Shown piece after piece: positions 1-11,770 of a stretch of 64,000 bases of DNA. The notes beneath the pieces are model-generated. The model saw only the letters and a list, made by a program, of their open reading frames with translations. It was not told the origin of the DNA and did no database searches. A program made the position numbers and the translations under genes. Numbering within the stretch: the stretch's first letter is position 1; every line of letters begins with the position of its first letter. Source of the stretch: Octopus bimaculoides (Eukaryota); the NCBI RefSeq assembly GCF_001194135.2, contig NC_068984.1:70141333-70205332 (forward strand), read 5' to 3'.

Positions 1-180
1 AACATGTTCCAACAGATGTAGACATGAATAGGCTACTCACTGAAGGGTTTCATCTTTGGAGACCAACTTTTTCTTTTAGAGGATGTGTGTTGACAACACA
101 TAGGCTTCCGTGATGTATCTGTACCTGCTCACATATTTGTCAATTAATATACATACATACACATATCTATGTATCCCCCC

Positions 181-189
181 CCACACACA

Positions 190-284
<95 letters not shown>
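181..284. repeat. Compound microsatellite (CA)n(CT)n(TA)n(CA)n
   Basis: Directly visible; explains ORF 110..583 (LSLSLS/YIYIYI). Confidence 0.98.
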
Positions 285-633
285 TGTGTAAAAACATTTC
301 TATATATCTAAGTGTTAGGGTCATAACATCAAATATCAAATTATTTTATATAAAATACATTTTGTTGGATGTTATTTTATCTGAAATTTATTTTCACTCT
401 TTTGCAAATGAAACAAAAATTGGATTTTCTGTAGAAGTGCTAAGAAACTGCAGTATTATATTACTGCATTTCATGTTTTTGTTGCAGAATTTCTTAACGC
501 TAGACAACAACAAAAAAAAAAAAAAATTACAAACCATCACATTGAGAAAAAGTACAAATTTTATTGGAGTCCTATTTTTATAGAAACATAGATAGTCCTG
601 AGGTTGCAATCATGCAGTACAAAAGTCCCAAAA

Positions 634-667
<34 letters not shown>

Positions 668-1029
668 CACTTAAACAGATATTCTATAACTAATATTATG
701 AATTACTTGGCAAGAATTATATAAAAAAATATTCTTACAAATGTACTGAAATCAACTTAACTCATCATTTTTGAACCTCAGTATTAACATTCTTCATTTT
801 ATATTGGATAATTTTTTAGAGGAACATCTATGATTTAGAACATCTATGATTTGGAACTGTTGTATCGCTTCCAATCAATTTTCCTCCTGCAAATTTATTG
901 TCAAAGCATTATAAATATGATTGTCCCCTTCTTATTAAGGATCTCTAAAAGTATGGTATCCAATTGTCCTTACCTTTCTTTAAGCTATGCAGTTGTTGTT
1001 GTTGTTATTGAAGCCCTAGGTGAACCCTA

Positions 1030-1862
1030 TGACCTAAGACAATCTCTATGGAGCAATATGAAAGGAAGATTGTATGATGCATGCATATGGACATCAAGTC
1101 TACATAGTAGTAATATGTGAGCCTTAACTGCAGTAGACATACAAAGGTTAGAAAGGAATGAGGCTAGTATGCTCTGCTGAATGTGTAATGTAAGTGTACA
1201 TGTTCAATAGAGTGCCAGTGTTCTGAGAGAGAAGTTAAGAGGAATTTGTTGCTGTGTGCAAGAGAGAAAACTGCACTGGTTTGATCATGTGATGAAGATG
1301 GATACCAACGCCTCCATAAAGAAGTGCTAATCTCCCAAAATAGATAGAATATATGAAAGTGGGAGACCCAAGAAGACATGGGATGAATCACTGAAGAAAA
1401 ACTTCAGGAGGCTGAACCTTTTAGGTGAGTTGACAAAAGACCAAGAAACCTGCTGACTGGCCATACTCATGAAGGCCCGTACCCTGCACCAGAAATGTTA
1501 AGACTGATCCTTCGGGTGGTGGAAAGCATTCATGGTGGTGCCATGTAAAACTACCTGTACATTGCTACGCAAAAGCCCCCATGTGGCATCACATAAAAGC
1601 ACCTGCATGGCACTACATAAAAGCACCTGTGTGGTGTCAAGTAAAAGTTCCCATATGATACCACATAAAAGTGCCCATGCAGTGTCACATAAAAGCACCC
1701 GGCACACTCTATGAAATAGTTGGTGTTAGGAAGGGCATCCAGCCACAAAACCCATGCCAAATCAGACTGGAGTCTGGTGCAAGCCACCCAGCTTGCCAAC
1801 TCTGATCACACAGTTCCACCCATGCCAGCATGGACAATGTACGTTAAATGATGATGACGATG
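1030..1862 (+). mobile_element. RTE-group LINE, 5'-truncated decayed copy (post-RT region plus 3' UTR)
   Basis: Translates to KGRLYDAC...RLERNEASML...LHWFDHVMKM with stops; 3' UTR aggaagggcatccagc...catgccagcatggacaatgtacgttaaatgatgatg tail shared with many copies in the window. Confidence 0.9.
1535..1700 (+). repeat. 24-bp tandem repeat (about 7 units) inside the RTE 3' UTR
   Basis: Units such as catgtggcatcacataaaagcacc, tgcatggcactacataaaagcacc, catgcagtgtcacataaaagcacc. Confidence 0.9.
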
Positions 1863-2800
1863 TATCTTTACCACTTCTACAGTTGATAGTTGTCATTTGA
1901 GAGAGATTTCTGTGCTATTTCTAGCAGGGTGAGAACCGTATAGATGCTTCCTCGTTGACGCAAACATTTATGTTAATATGTTTTTAAGTTGATTTAAATA
2001 TGTTTTATGAAACAGTGTCTTAATAAAATCCTTGATTAGTAATGATTTATATAGGTTTTAGAAGATGTATTTAAGCTATCAACTTTGCATTCATATGATA
2101 AATAAAATACTGTCACCAGAACTTGGTTTGACTCTTCTCTTTTCTCTTTGGATTGTACCTATAATTCAAAGTCTTTTTTTATAATACAGTATGAAGCTGA
2201 CGATTCAGCCTGAGTACTATATTGCTGAATTAATTACACATAACTATGACATACTCAACCACTTATCAAATTTCAAAAATAGGTATTCACTATGTTAAAC
2301 AATTGAATGTTCATTGTTGAAACTGACTGAGAATCAACTGTGGTCTGATCTTTCCTGAGAAAGTTACACCATATTGAGGACCTTCCAGCACAAACAAGCC
2401 AAAATAAGCTATATCAGCCTATATTTATCAGCTCTGTCAGTTATATCACCCCAAATAAGCCATAAATATTTTCTGAAGTTTTCTCTCTTAAAACAATTCA
2501 TGACAGCAGAATGCTATACTTTTCCTTGCTACTGCCCTCCCATTTGTGAATATTCTTGTTAAATTGCTTCATAATTTCCATAATCTTTGTGATACTGTTA
2601 TTGTGGAATTCAATAGCAAGAATCTTCTTTTTCTGGAGTTACTGGTTTTACAATAACATATAGTAGTATGCATGAGTGTGAATCAGTTATTATAACAATG
2701 TAGTTCTGGCTCAATGGAAAATGGTGACTGCAAAAGAAAGGAGCGCTAAAGCAAATCAATACTAAGTGAAGTATGCAACACACACGCACAAACACACATG

Positions 2801-2831
<31 letters not shown>

Positions 2832-4594
2832 AAACCTGTGTATACATATATATATATATATATATATATATTAAGTGGGGTCAAAACACAATCATTTTTA
2901 AGGAACCTTAATTCCACAGTATGCACAGAGTTTCAAAGAGTATTTTAAATAAAATATATGAAAATTAGGGTTATGTGACTCCCTGTACTCGTCGCATACC
3001 CCCCCACACACACACACACACAATTAAATACTCTAATTTTCTATATTAATCATATAATCTCTAACACATATCTACTAAACTGCCTATGAATATGAAACAT
3101 TTCACTGCAGAAACCTTGTTTAAAACATATGAGTAGAGATAGCAAAAGCATTGCAGCATAAGACAATTGGTAGGTAGCTACCCCTCCAAATTACAACTTT
3201 TCAATATGTGTTAAATGAATTTTTTTTTAGAATATGTATACATTTGTTAAATGATTTTTTTTTTTTTTTCAGAGATTATTTCAGAGCTAAATTGTATTAT
3301 AATTTTACAAAATTGCCTACATAAATTTAAACTGTAATAATTTAAGTATATAAAATTATATAATGGCAACTAGAAGATAAAGCTGTAATACAGCATTTGG
3401 ATTTCCTGCAGAATTTCCTACAGCAACGACCCTGTCAAAGGCAGATGTATTCCAATGTGAAGAACAGATATGTGAGGGGTAGGGGTGGTCGCACAATTTT
3501 TAAAATTTGTTCATTTATTTCTCACACCAAAATGAACACCAAGCAATATGTGGAATCAGAATATAAAACTTTGACCCCCCCCCCTAATATATGTATATAT
3601 ATATATATATTTATCTATATATATCCAAGTTCAAATAAAAAGCCAAAACGTACAAAGTCCTATAACTAAATAAACTAGTTTAGTAAAAAGAGTAAGATAG
3701 AATAGAAAAATACTGCCCTCAAAAATATGATCTCTAGGGTGACTGCTCAGTTTATGAAGTAATAAAAGCAGAAACAGTGGGCAAAACTGACAAGAAATAG
3801 ACAGATATTGTTGTTTGTAATAGAAATTTTAGCAATCTTTGATTATAATGTTGTCTTTCAGTTTGCCAAGTTGCAGCTGGTGTCAACTAGGAGACCCACA
3901 AAGTAATTTTCTATTTTGAAAAATCATACTGCAGCCAGTTTATGTGTCATACAGTTAAATACTTTGCATTGTCATTCATTTCAGGCGTTGAATCATTTTT
4001 AGTGCTCATTGAGAGGATATGATTGTATGCGATCACTTAAAACTTTTGCTGTTTTTTGTTTATATGTTGTAGTTATAGGGTTTAGCAACAACATACAGGC
4101 TCCATTATAAGGTTATTTAATAGTAATTATTCAGCTAATGATATCAGTTAAAATAATGTTCAAGCAACAGCGATTTCTAAAAGACGATGACAATAATGTA
4201 ATAGAAAAATTTTTAAAAAGTGAAAGACATTTTGACCAATAATTGACTGCTGTTATTTACAGAAAATCGAAATTATTTTATTTTGTAGAACAGAACACCC
4301 AACCACCTATACCATACTTGTCTGTGTCACTGTGCTATCTCTACTCAAATTCTTTCAAGTAGCTGTTGAAAACTTCTTGAGATGTCCTACACATGTGCTT
4401 CAAATTTTTTTTATTGGACTGAGACCTAAAGGACACAATATTGCATGTGCATGTGTGTATGCTTGTGTGTGTGCAAGAAGGGGAAGGAGAGTGAGTGAGA
4501 GAGAAAGAGAGGCGAGATTTATATAAATACATATATATATGTGTTATGAAAAAGAGATGACAAAGGAATGAATGATTATCTTACAAATTTCATT

Positions 4595-4675
4595 GGCTTA
4601 CAACTGTTTCCACCATAAGATGTAGTGAACTCATAGTTGAGTGCCTGAGTAACACCTTGCAGCTTCTTCAGAGCC
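4595..4675 (-). ncRNA. Hammerhead-ribozyme-like motif (minimal type I, Penelope-like), degenerate
   Basis: Minus strand: GGCT-CTGAAGA-A-long imperfect hairpin-G-GAAAC-AGTT-GTA-AGCC; stem I GGCT/AGCC is perfect. Confidence 0.65.
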
Positions 4676-4728
4676 TCAAACATGAAATGCATTTCATTTG
4701 GGAAGACAAATACATTTAAGCATATATA

Positions 4729-5054
4729 CGCTGAGACACCCTTCGGTCATGACTGACCATGGGATTGCACCTAGAAAGTTACCCTCCAAGGCACAAGTCT
4801 GGGCAAGGTTGTTTATGGAAGACCAGCAGTCACCCATGCATACCAGTCTCCCCTCTCCATGCCACCAGTGTTACCCAAGGGAAAGGCAGAGGCCGATACA
4901 GCTTGGCACCTGTGACGTCGCATCTCATTTCTACAGCTGAGTGAACGGGAGCAACATGAAATAAAGTGCCTTGCTCAAGAAAACAACACGCAGCCCGGTC
5001 TGGGATTCGAACTTACAGCCTCACGATCGTAACCACTGAGCTATGTGCCTTCAC
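4729..5054 (-). mobile_element. tRNA-derived SINE with CORE-like central block, 13-bp TSD
   Basis: Head gtgaaggcacatagctcagtggtt...gttcgaatcccag (A/B boxes); TSD ttaagcatatata at 4716-4728 and 5055-5067. Confidence 0.9.
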
Positions 5055-5258
5055 TTAAGCATATATATATATATATATANNNNNNNNNNTTGTAAAATTA
5101 ATGTGGGATATAGAATATGGAATATATGATATAATATATAATATAAAAATGGATGGTACAATGAAATGAAGTATTGAATGTCTTATTGAATATATGGAAT
5201 ATGTCTTATTGAATATATGAAATATTGAGTGTTCAATATAAAGGATTAAATATATAAA

Positions 5259-5302
5259 GGCGAATACGTATTTTCTATACCTTGTGGTATTTCATCATGG
5301 CC
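5259..5302 (-). ncRNA. Hammerhead-ribozyme-like motif (minimal type I) with one extra base in the core
   Basis: Minus strand: GGC-C(A)TGATGA-A-ATACC-acaa-GGTAT-A-GAA-AATACGTATT-C-GCC; stems I and II intact, palindromic stem III. Confidence 0.55.
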
Positions 5303-5391
5303 GGTATGACAGACTGTAACAGATGTAGAAAAAGAGTAAATGTATCTATCAATAAAAATGTATGTACACACACACACACACATACTTATGT

Positions 5392-5644
5392 GTGAAGAGG
5401 TATGGCCTACTGGTTAGGCTGTTGCACTCACAATCGCTAGATTGTGGGTTTGATTCCCAAATAAGATTGCATGTGCTCTTGAGCCAAACACTTCATTGTA
5501 TGTTACTTCAGCCCGCTGTTGATCAAGGAGGAATATTGGTCTGCTCCCCTAGCCAATGGGTGCCATCATTTGAAGGCTAAAATGATGCAAAGTGCATTGT
5601 GGTCAGCGATGTGTAACAACATCAGATAGTCTGGTCGGTCATGT

Positions 5645-5646
<2 letters not shown>
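5392..5646 (+). mobile_element. tRNA-derived SINE, degenerate
   Basis: tggcctactggttagg A-box-like, ggtttgattccc B-box-like, cttgagccaaacactt CORE-like block. Confidence 0.75.
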
Positions 5647-5681
<35 letters not shown>

Positions 5682-5683
<2 letters not shown>

Positions 5684-6260
5684 TCATTGCCCAATTAATT
5701 AGGGAGAGAGTCAGCTTAGATGAGATGCAGTTTGGATTTGTTCCAGGGAAAAACACCACTGATGCTATATTTCTGGTAAGACAGCTACAGGAGAAATACC
5801 TAGCCAAGGATAAACCTCTGTACCTGGCTTTCGTTGACATGGAGAAAGCCTTTGACAGGGTCTCCGATCCCTTATCTGGTGGTCAATGAGGAAACTAGGG
5901 ATAGAGGAGTGGTTAGTGAGGGCTGTGCAAGCCATGTACATGGACGTTGTCAGTAAAGTGAGGGTTGGCAACAAGTACAGTGAAGAATTCCGGGTAGAGG
6001 TAGGGGTCCACCAAGGTTCAGTCCTCAGCCCCCTTCTATTTATCATAGTCCTCCAGGCAATAACACAGGAATTCAAGACAGGTTTCCCCTGGGAGCTCCT
6101 CTATGCTGATGACCTTGCTCTAATTGTTGAGTCACTACCAGAACTAGAGGAGAAGTTTCAGGTGTGGAAGCAAGGATTAGAATCAAAGGGCCTTAGAGTC
6201 AACTTAGCTAAAACCAAAGTCCTAATAAGTAGAAAGGTAGACAAACCACAAAAACCTTCA
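5682..6260 (+). mobile_element. RTE-group LINE reverse-transcriptase fragment (frameshifted)
   Basis: QFGFVPGKNTTDAIFLVRQLQEK...AFVDMEKAFDRV; frameshift near 5865; then GVHQGSVLSPLLF...YADDL...NLAKTK. Confidence 0.97.
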
Positions 6261-6669
6261 TAAGTGTACATATACATCTATATGTATACATATANNNNNN
6301 NNNNNNNNNNNNNNNNNNNNNNNNNNNNNNNNNNNNNNNNNNNNNNNNNNNNNNNNNNNNNNNNNNNNNNNNNNNNNNNNNNNNNNNNNNNNNNNNNNNN
6401 NNNNNNNNNNNNNNNNNNNNNNNNNNNNNNNNNNNNNNNNNNNNNNNNNNNNNNNNNNNNNNNNNNNNNNNNNTATATACATATATATACATGTATATGG
6501 ATACATTTGTGCAGATATATATATATATATATATATATGCATGTATGTATGTATATATGTATACAGTGAAAGTATCTGTCATTACAGTATGGAAATGTGA
6601 TTGTTTCAGATTTGATACTGAAATAGTGGAATAATTTCATTTTGAAATTGAAAGTATTTGACATGAGTG

Positions 6670-6890
6670 TTTTTGTTTCACTTTTGACACGTAATACTTA
6701 AATAGTGGAGGAGATATGATGTTGCTGTGGGCTCGAACTATGCAAGAATTGAAAACGTTTTTTGGACTAAAACACAACCGTGACCCTAAGTAAGGCATGT
6801 GTAAAATTTGAATGAAATTGGTTGTGTAGTTCTCAAGTTTTAGGGATTCATACAGACACACACACATTCTCATTTTTATAGATATAGATA
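6670..6890 (+). mobile_element. Probable non-autonomous Helitron/Helentron-type 3' fragment
   Basis: tgtgtaaaatttgaatgaaattggttgtgtagttctcaag...catacagacacacacacattctcatttttatagatatagat resembles the usual 3' end layout of rolling-circle non-autonomous repeats; recognition from memory only. Confidence 0.45.
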
Positions 6891-7112
6891 ACTAGTCCGG
6901 GAATCTTTTGTAGATATCTAAGTGCTAGGAGATAACATTAAATGGATGATACCCATACATACATAAAAATAAGGGCCATATCTTATTGTAGCACTATTAC
7001 TAGACAGGTACTGTCTGTGCCCTCTCATGGTTGTTTGTAATTGTGAGTGACCAAAGATTGTAAAAGAGTTCTGTTGCAGTGATTTATAAGCACAGAAAAG
7101 TAAACATTCTGT

Positions 7113-7119
7113 CAGAGAG

Positions 7120-7169
<50 letters not shown>

Positions 7170-7230
7170 AAGAGAGAGAGATAGAGAGAGACAGTCAGAC
7201 AGACAGACAGAGAAAGAAAGAGAGAGAGAG
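7113..7230. repeat. (AG)n/(AGAC)n microsatellite
   Basis: Directly visible. Confidence 0.97.
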
Positions 7231-7805
7231 AACAAACAGAGGAAATGGCAAAGTTTGCTTACAAGGAAATATTTTATGTATAAAATTAATCAAAATTAAT
7301 AAAAATTGCATTAATAGAAAATGTAAAATTTCTAGTTAATAATTAGTATCTTGACTATGAATCAGTTGCTTTTGCTGCTTTGGAATGAAAAAAATTTAAG
7401 GATAACTCACTCTTGATTCACACATTCTCATTAATTAGGAAAAAAAAGACAATCAATTGCAATAAATTGATCAAATTATGTTTCTTTTGACTCTAAATGA
7501 AACCAATATTATAAGGAGAGAAGAGATGCAGCCAGTTTGGTGATTGTCACATAGTTTATCGACATTTGAAGGGGGATGAAAGTTAAAACAGCTAGCCACA
7601 TTATTTGAGCTTCAAACTATGACCTCATGTCTAGAATGTTCTCAAGTGGGCGGTATTTATTGCTCCCTTAGAATGGTATGATAATGGGAATTTGAATGAC
7701 ATGTGGAATTAATTGTTCTTTGTTTTTTTTCTTTTAATTTCACTATGCTATTATTATATTCTATAGTATTCTTGAATTTGTTACTCTGAATAACTTTGAA
7801 CAAAA

Positions 7806-7884
<79 letters not shown>

Positions 7885-8075
7885 TTAATGATAATTAGCA
7901 TTTCTATAGTTATATGATTCAAGGCCACCCATTTGATGGTGGGAAGAGAGTGCAGACAATTAATCAACTCCATGTGTTGCTCTTTTCATTGACTCAGGTA
8001 ATAAAAGGCAAAGTTTGAGGTTTGTAGGATTTGAACGCAAACATAAAGGGATGCTGTTACCTTACCACACTGCAT
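7806..8075 (-). mobile_element. Decayed SINE (ggcggtgagctggc-type family) with long (ATT)n tail
   Basis: (AAT)n at 7806-7881 followed by reverse-complement remnants (aaaggcaaagtt, ggatttgaacgc) of the family at 22049 and 58857. Confidence 0.6.
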
Positions 8076-8180
8076 CTAGTTTAGTATATTGTAACTCCTA
8101 TCCTGCCCTATTACATGTGTGTGTGGGGGGGGGAGTGGTTGTAGCATGTGTGTGTGTGTGCATGTATGCATATTATAAAA

Positions 8181-8560
8181 GCGTGGCTGTGTGGTAAGAA
8201 GCTTGCTTCCCATTCCCAACCACATGGTTCTGGGTTCAATCCCACTGTGTGGTACCTTGGGTAAGTGTCTTCTACTGTAGCTTCAGGCCGACCAAAGCTT
8301 TATGAGTGGATATGGTAGATGGAAACTGAAAGAAGCCCATTGTATATGTGCGTGTGTGTGTGTGTATGTGTGCATGCGTGTGTAGTGTATGTGTCTGTGT
8401 TTGTCTCCCGGCTATCAATTGACAACCGATGTTGGTGTGTTTACATTCATGTAACTTAGCAGTTTAGCATACAAAGAATAAGTCCTGGGGTCGATTTGTT
8501 CGACTAATGGTGGTGCTCAAGCATGGCGATAGTGAAATTACTGAAACAAGTAAAAGAATA
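8181..8560 (+). mobile_element. OK-like tRNA SINE, full length with internal (TG)n
   Basis: gcgtggctgtgtggtaagaagcttgcttccc...gggttcaatccc head, ccttgggtaagtgtcttctac body, gcatggc..actgaaacaagtaaaag tail. Confidence 0.9.
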
Positions 8561-8599
8561 TATGTGTGTGCAGGAGAAGGAGAGAGAGAGAGAGTGGGA

Positions 8600-9240
8600 G
8601 ACTGTAGGATGGAGATGGTGGCAAAATACTGGATATACTCACAAGGAATGGGGATCAGGGTATAAATGAGATGGTTGAGTAAATAAAGAGAGAGATTTAG
8701 ATAGTGGCATGTGCCAGGGCATACTCTTGAGGTTCAAATGCCATAATATAAGTGACAGGATATTGTGAAGGGTGTGTGATTAAAGAGTGTGAGTAAGTTG
8801 TGAAAGACCTGGGTATATATAGAGTTGGAGGGCTACTGGATAGCAATGATACAAAGGAACAGGGGTGGGAGGACAGGTTTGGGGAGTGAGAGCTAGGCAA
8901 GGAGTGAATGAAGGAGGAAATTCGAGAAAGAGAAGACATGTAGATTGTTTGTTGGGGTAGGGAGAGGGAAGAGTTTTCTTGTTATGTGTGGGTGGAATGC
9001 CCAGGTCAGGGGCTAGTGGATGGCAATAATAGGGTGAGACAAGGCATGTGGGTAGAATGCACAGGTTGGGGGTGAGCAGAGAGCAATGATACAGTGGCAC
9101 TGGGCCAAGAGAACAAGATTGGGGAGTGGGAGGTAATCATAGTACATGAAGTGGAAATGTAAAGAAGAGAAGGGATGTAGAGATGTAGTTTGGTTCTCTG
9201 TGGTAGAGTGTATGAGAAGTTTTCTTGTTAAATGTGGGTG
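8600..9240 (-). mobile_element. Highly decayed LINE relic (probably CR1/L2 group)
   Basis: Purine-rich plus strand, S/H/P-rich minus-strand frames, same texture as 41665-42260; no intact motif. Confidence 0.35.
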
Positions 9241-10150
9241 AGATACTATGTATGTATGTATGTATATATTTAGGTAAAATTATGAGACTTACATTTTATG
9301 GGATTGGCTGCTTTTCCTTGGAGGTTGAAGAACTCCACACAGGTTCTTCTATTGACATATGAAAGCAATTTGTTGTGCACAAATAAAAATGTGGTAAAGC
9401 ATGAAACTGCTAACATATGTTTGAGTTGTAAACAGATTTTTCTCTCACTGTTTTACATTTAATTCTTCCATAATAAACTGGATTTCAAACATTTCCTTCT
9501 TTTATTTTCTTAGTGAAATTCTGGAATATCATTCAGACACTTATTTTTATAGTTGAATAGCCTCACTAGTGTTATCAAGGGAGTCTCTATCCAATTGCCC
9601 CAATCAGCTAGAAAGAGCAAAATCTTTTCCTCAAATCACTCTGCTGTTGAGAAAGAGAAATAAAATATTGATTAATATGGACTAAGATGAAATGCCTCTG
9701 GAAAGAAGATGGAAAATGTTCATAGCTGGAATACCTTTATTGTAGAATTGCTTGATCAGAGCTCACCTAGCACTAAAAGACAACAGCCCAACTATGAATT
9801 AGGAATGTTACCTTATACTTTTCCAGTAACCAGTATGATAATGAATGTATAAAAATACTTCACAATGGTTTGAAATTGTACACAACCAATAATTTAGAAG
9901 CTTAACGTCACTACTTTGGTATCTCTTTTATACAAATGTATTCATGCAATCCATTAATCATTCCTTAATATTGGGAAGTAGAAACTCTATGATAGTATTA
10001 TTGGTAATGACTTCCTATTGCAGCAGGTTTATTTTATTTGAAGCAGATTTATTTTAACCTGTACTTTAATATTTAATTTGTTTAATTTCATAATAGTGTT
10101 ATGATGTATGTCATTTCAGCTGGAGTAGGTATAGATCTGTAAGCTTGTGT

Positions 10151-10194
<44 letters not shown>

Positions 10195-10327
10195 ACGTCC
10201 AGGCTATGTATGTATGACTCAATGGTTTGTTTGTGAGTGAATTTGGTAGATGGAAACTGCAGTAAATCTGTCACGCTTGTGTGCACACACACACACACAC
10301 ATGAAAGCATACATACATATATGTACA

Positions 10328-10365
<38 letters not shown>

Positions 10366-10613
10366 AAATCTCTGAACGAGGTGTTAACAGTAACTGCACG
10401 ATAAAGTGAAGTATATTTGCCATTTAAATATATATATATATATATATATAGATATATATATACATACANNNNNNNNNNCATCGTAAATATACAGGGATTA
10501 GCATTGAGTTGCTTCTCCAACATACTGAAAATTTAGAAATAGCAGTCAAAAAACTACTGATTCTAAACTACAAATTTTTCTCTAAATGGTTGGCGATATT
10601 TATGGCGCACATA

Positions 10614-10645
<32 letters not shown>

Positions 10646-11360
10646 CTCAATCGTTCATAATTAGGGAATTTTTAATATATACAGATTTTCATGTAGTTAA
10701 AAAGTATATATGAGTGTATGCGTGTGTGTGTGTCTGTGTGTGTGCGTGCGGGCGCACGCGTGTGTCTGTATGAGAGTGCAGGTATGTGTGTATGTATATG
10801 AGTGTGCTTGTATATCTGAGTGTATATGCAATTTATAAAATTGAACATTATTGAATATTCCTTGCCATTTTTCCCGATTGCTGTTTTCATTCTTTCAGTC
10901 CTACTGCTGCGCCACTACAGATGGTATAAACTATACCATAAGTAAAAGGGGGAGTGGACTTAGTCAACATTACAATTGATTTAATTAGAATTTCCTTATT
11001 AAACATGATGTATTGCATAAGTTTATTTCACCTGTTTTTTTTTCCTTTATTCCTTTTTTACCCTTGTTCATGAATTGGAGAAAATATTTAACACCAACTA
11101 CCACAAGTTAGCACAGTTAGAATATTCAATTTTGTGACACATTGGAAGCATATTCTCACAATAGCTTTGGGTTCAATGCTCTGTGAATGAACTTTGTTAG
11201 ACAGAAACTATGCACAAATCCATCAAATATACCTACACGTTTTTTTTTTTTTTTGTTTATTAGAATTCTTCCTGGAGACTGGAAACTGGTTTTGAATCGA
11301 GAAAGTGGAGCACTGTCTCTGGAATTTAAATAACTACAATGATAACTGTTACATATTGGA

Positions 11361-11746
11361 GTGGAGGTGCAATGGCCCAGTGGTTAGGGCAGCGAACTAG
11401 CGGTCATAGGATCGCTGTTTCAATTCCCAGACTGGGCGTAGTGAGTGTTTATTGAGCGAAAACCCCTAAAGCTCCACGAGGCTCTGGCAGGGAGTGGTGG
11501 TGAACCCTGCTGTACTCTTTCACCACAACTTTCTCTCATTCTTACTTCCTGTTTCTGTTGTGCCTGTAATTCAAAGGGCCAGCCTTGTCACACTGTGTCA
11601 GGCTAAATATCCCCAAGAACTACGTTAAGGTTACACATGTCTGTGGAGTGCTCAGCCACTTGCATGTTAATTCCACGAGCAGGCTGTTCCATTGATCGGA
11701 TCAACTGGAACCCTCGACGTCGTAAGCAATGGAGTGCCAACAACAG
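11361..11746 (+). mobile_element. OR1/OR2-like tRNA-derived SINE
   Basis: ggaggtgcaatggcccagtggttagggcagcg...ttcaattcccagac head; candidate TSD catattg at 11352-11358 and 11747-11753. Confidence 0.92.
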
Positions 11747-11770
11747 CATATTGAAATTTTGGAAAATATT

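Noticed and set aside
110-583. 157-aa ORF and the many other YIYI/HTHT/poly-X ORFs
   Set aside because: Translations of microsatellites and N runs; no coding signal.
1535-1700. Regularly spaced 24-bp repeats resembling a CRISPR array
   Set aside because: Head-to-tail tandem units without unique spacers, inside a LINE UTR in a eukaryote.
3852-3892. Possible micro-exons (LPSCSWCQLGDPQ; also 10894-10918)
   Set aside because: Too short to evaluate; AG/GT-bounded open segments of this size are expected by chance.
3128-4346. Inverted 15-bp match tgagtagagatagca (about 3130 plus, about 4335 minus)
   Set aside because: Similarity does not extend convincingly and no TSD is evident; probably fragments of a dispersed repeat.
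10365-10420. ctgaacga-hairpin-gata motif
   Set aside because: Both core boxes are altered; cannot be distinguished from chance.
11361-11435. tRNA-like sequences at SINE heads (also 57683, 61868, 58858)
   Set aside because: They continue into SINE bodies with TSDs and lack complete cloverleaf acceptor stems; not tRNA genes.
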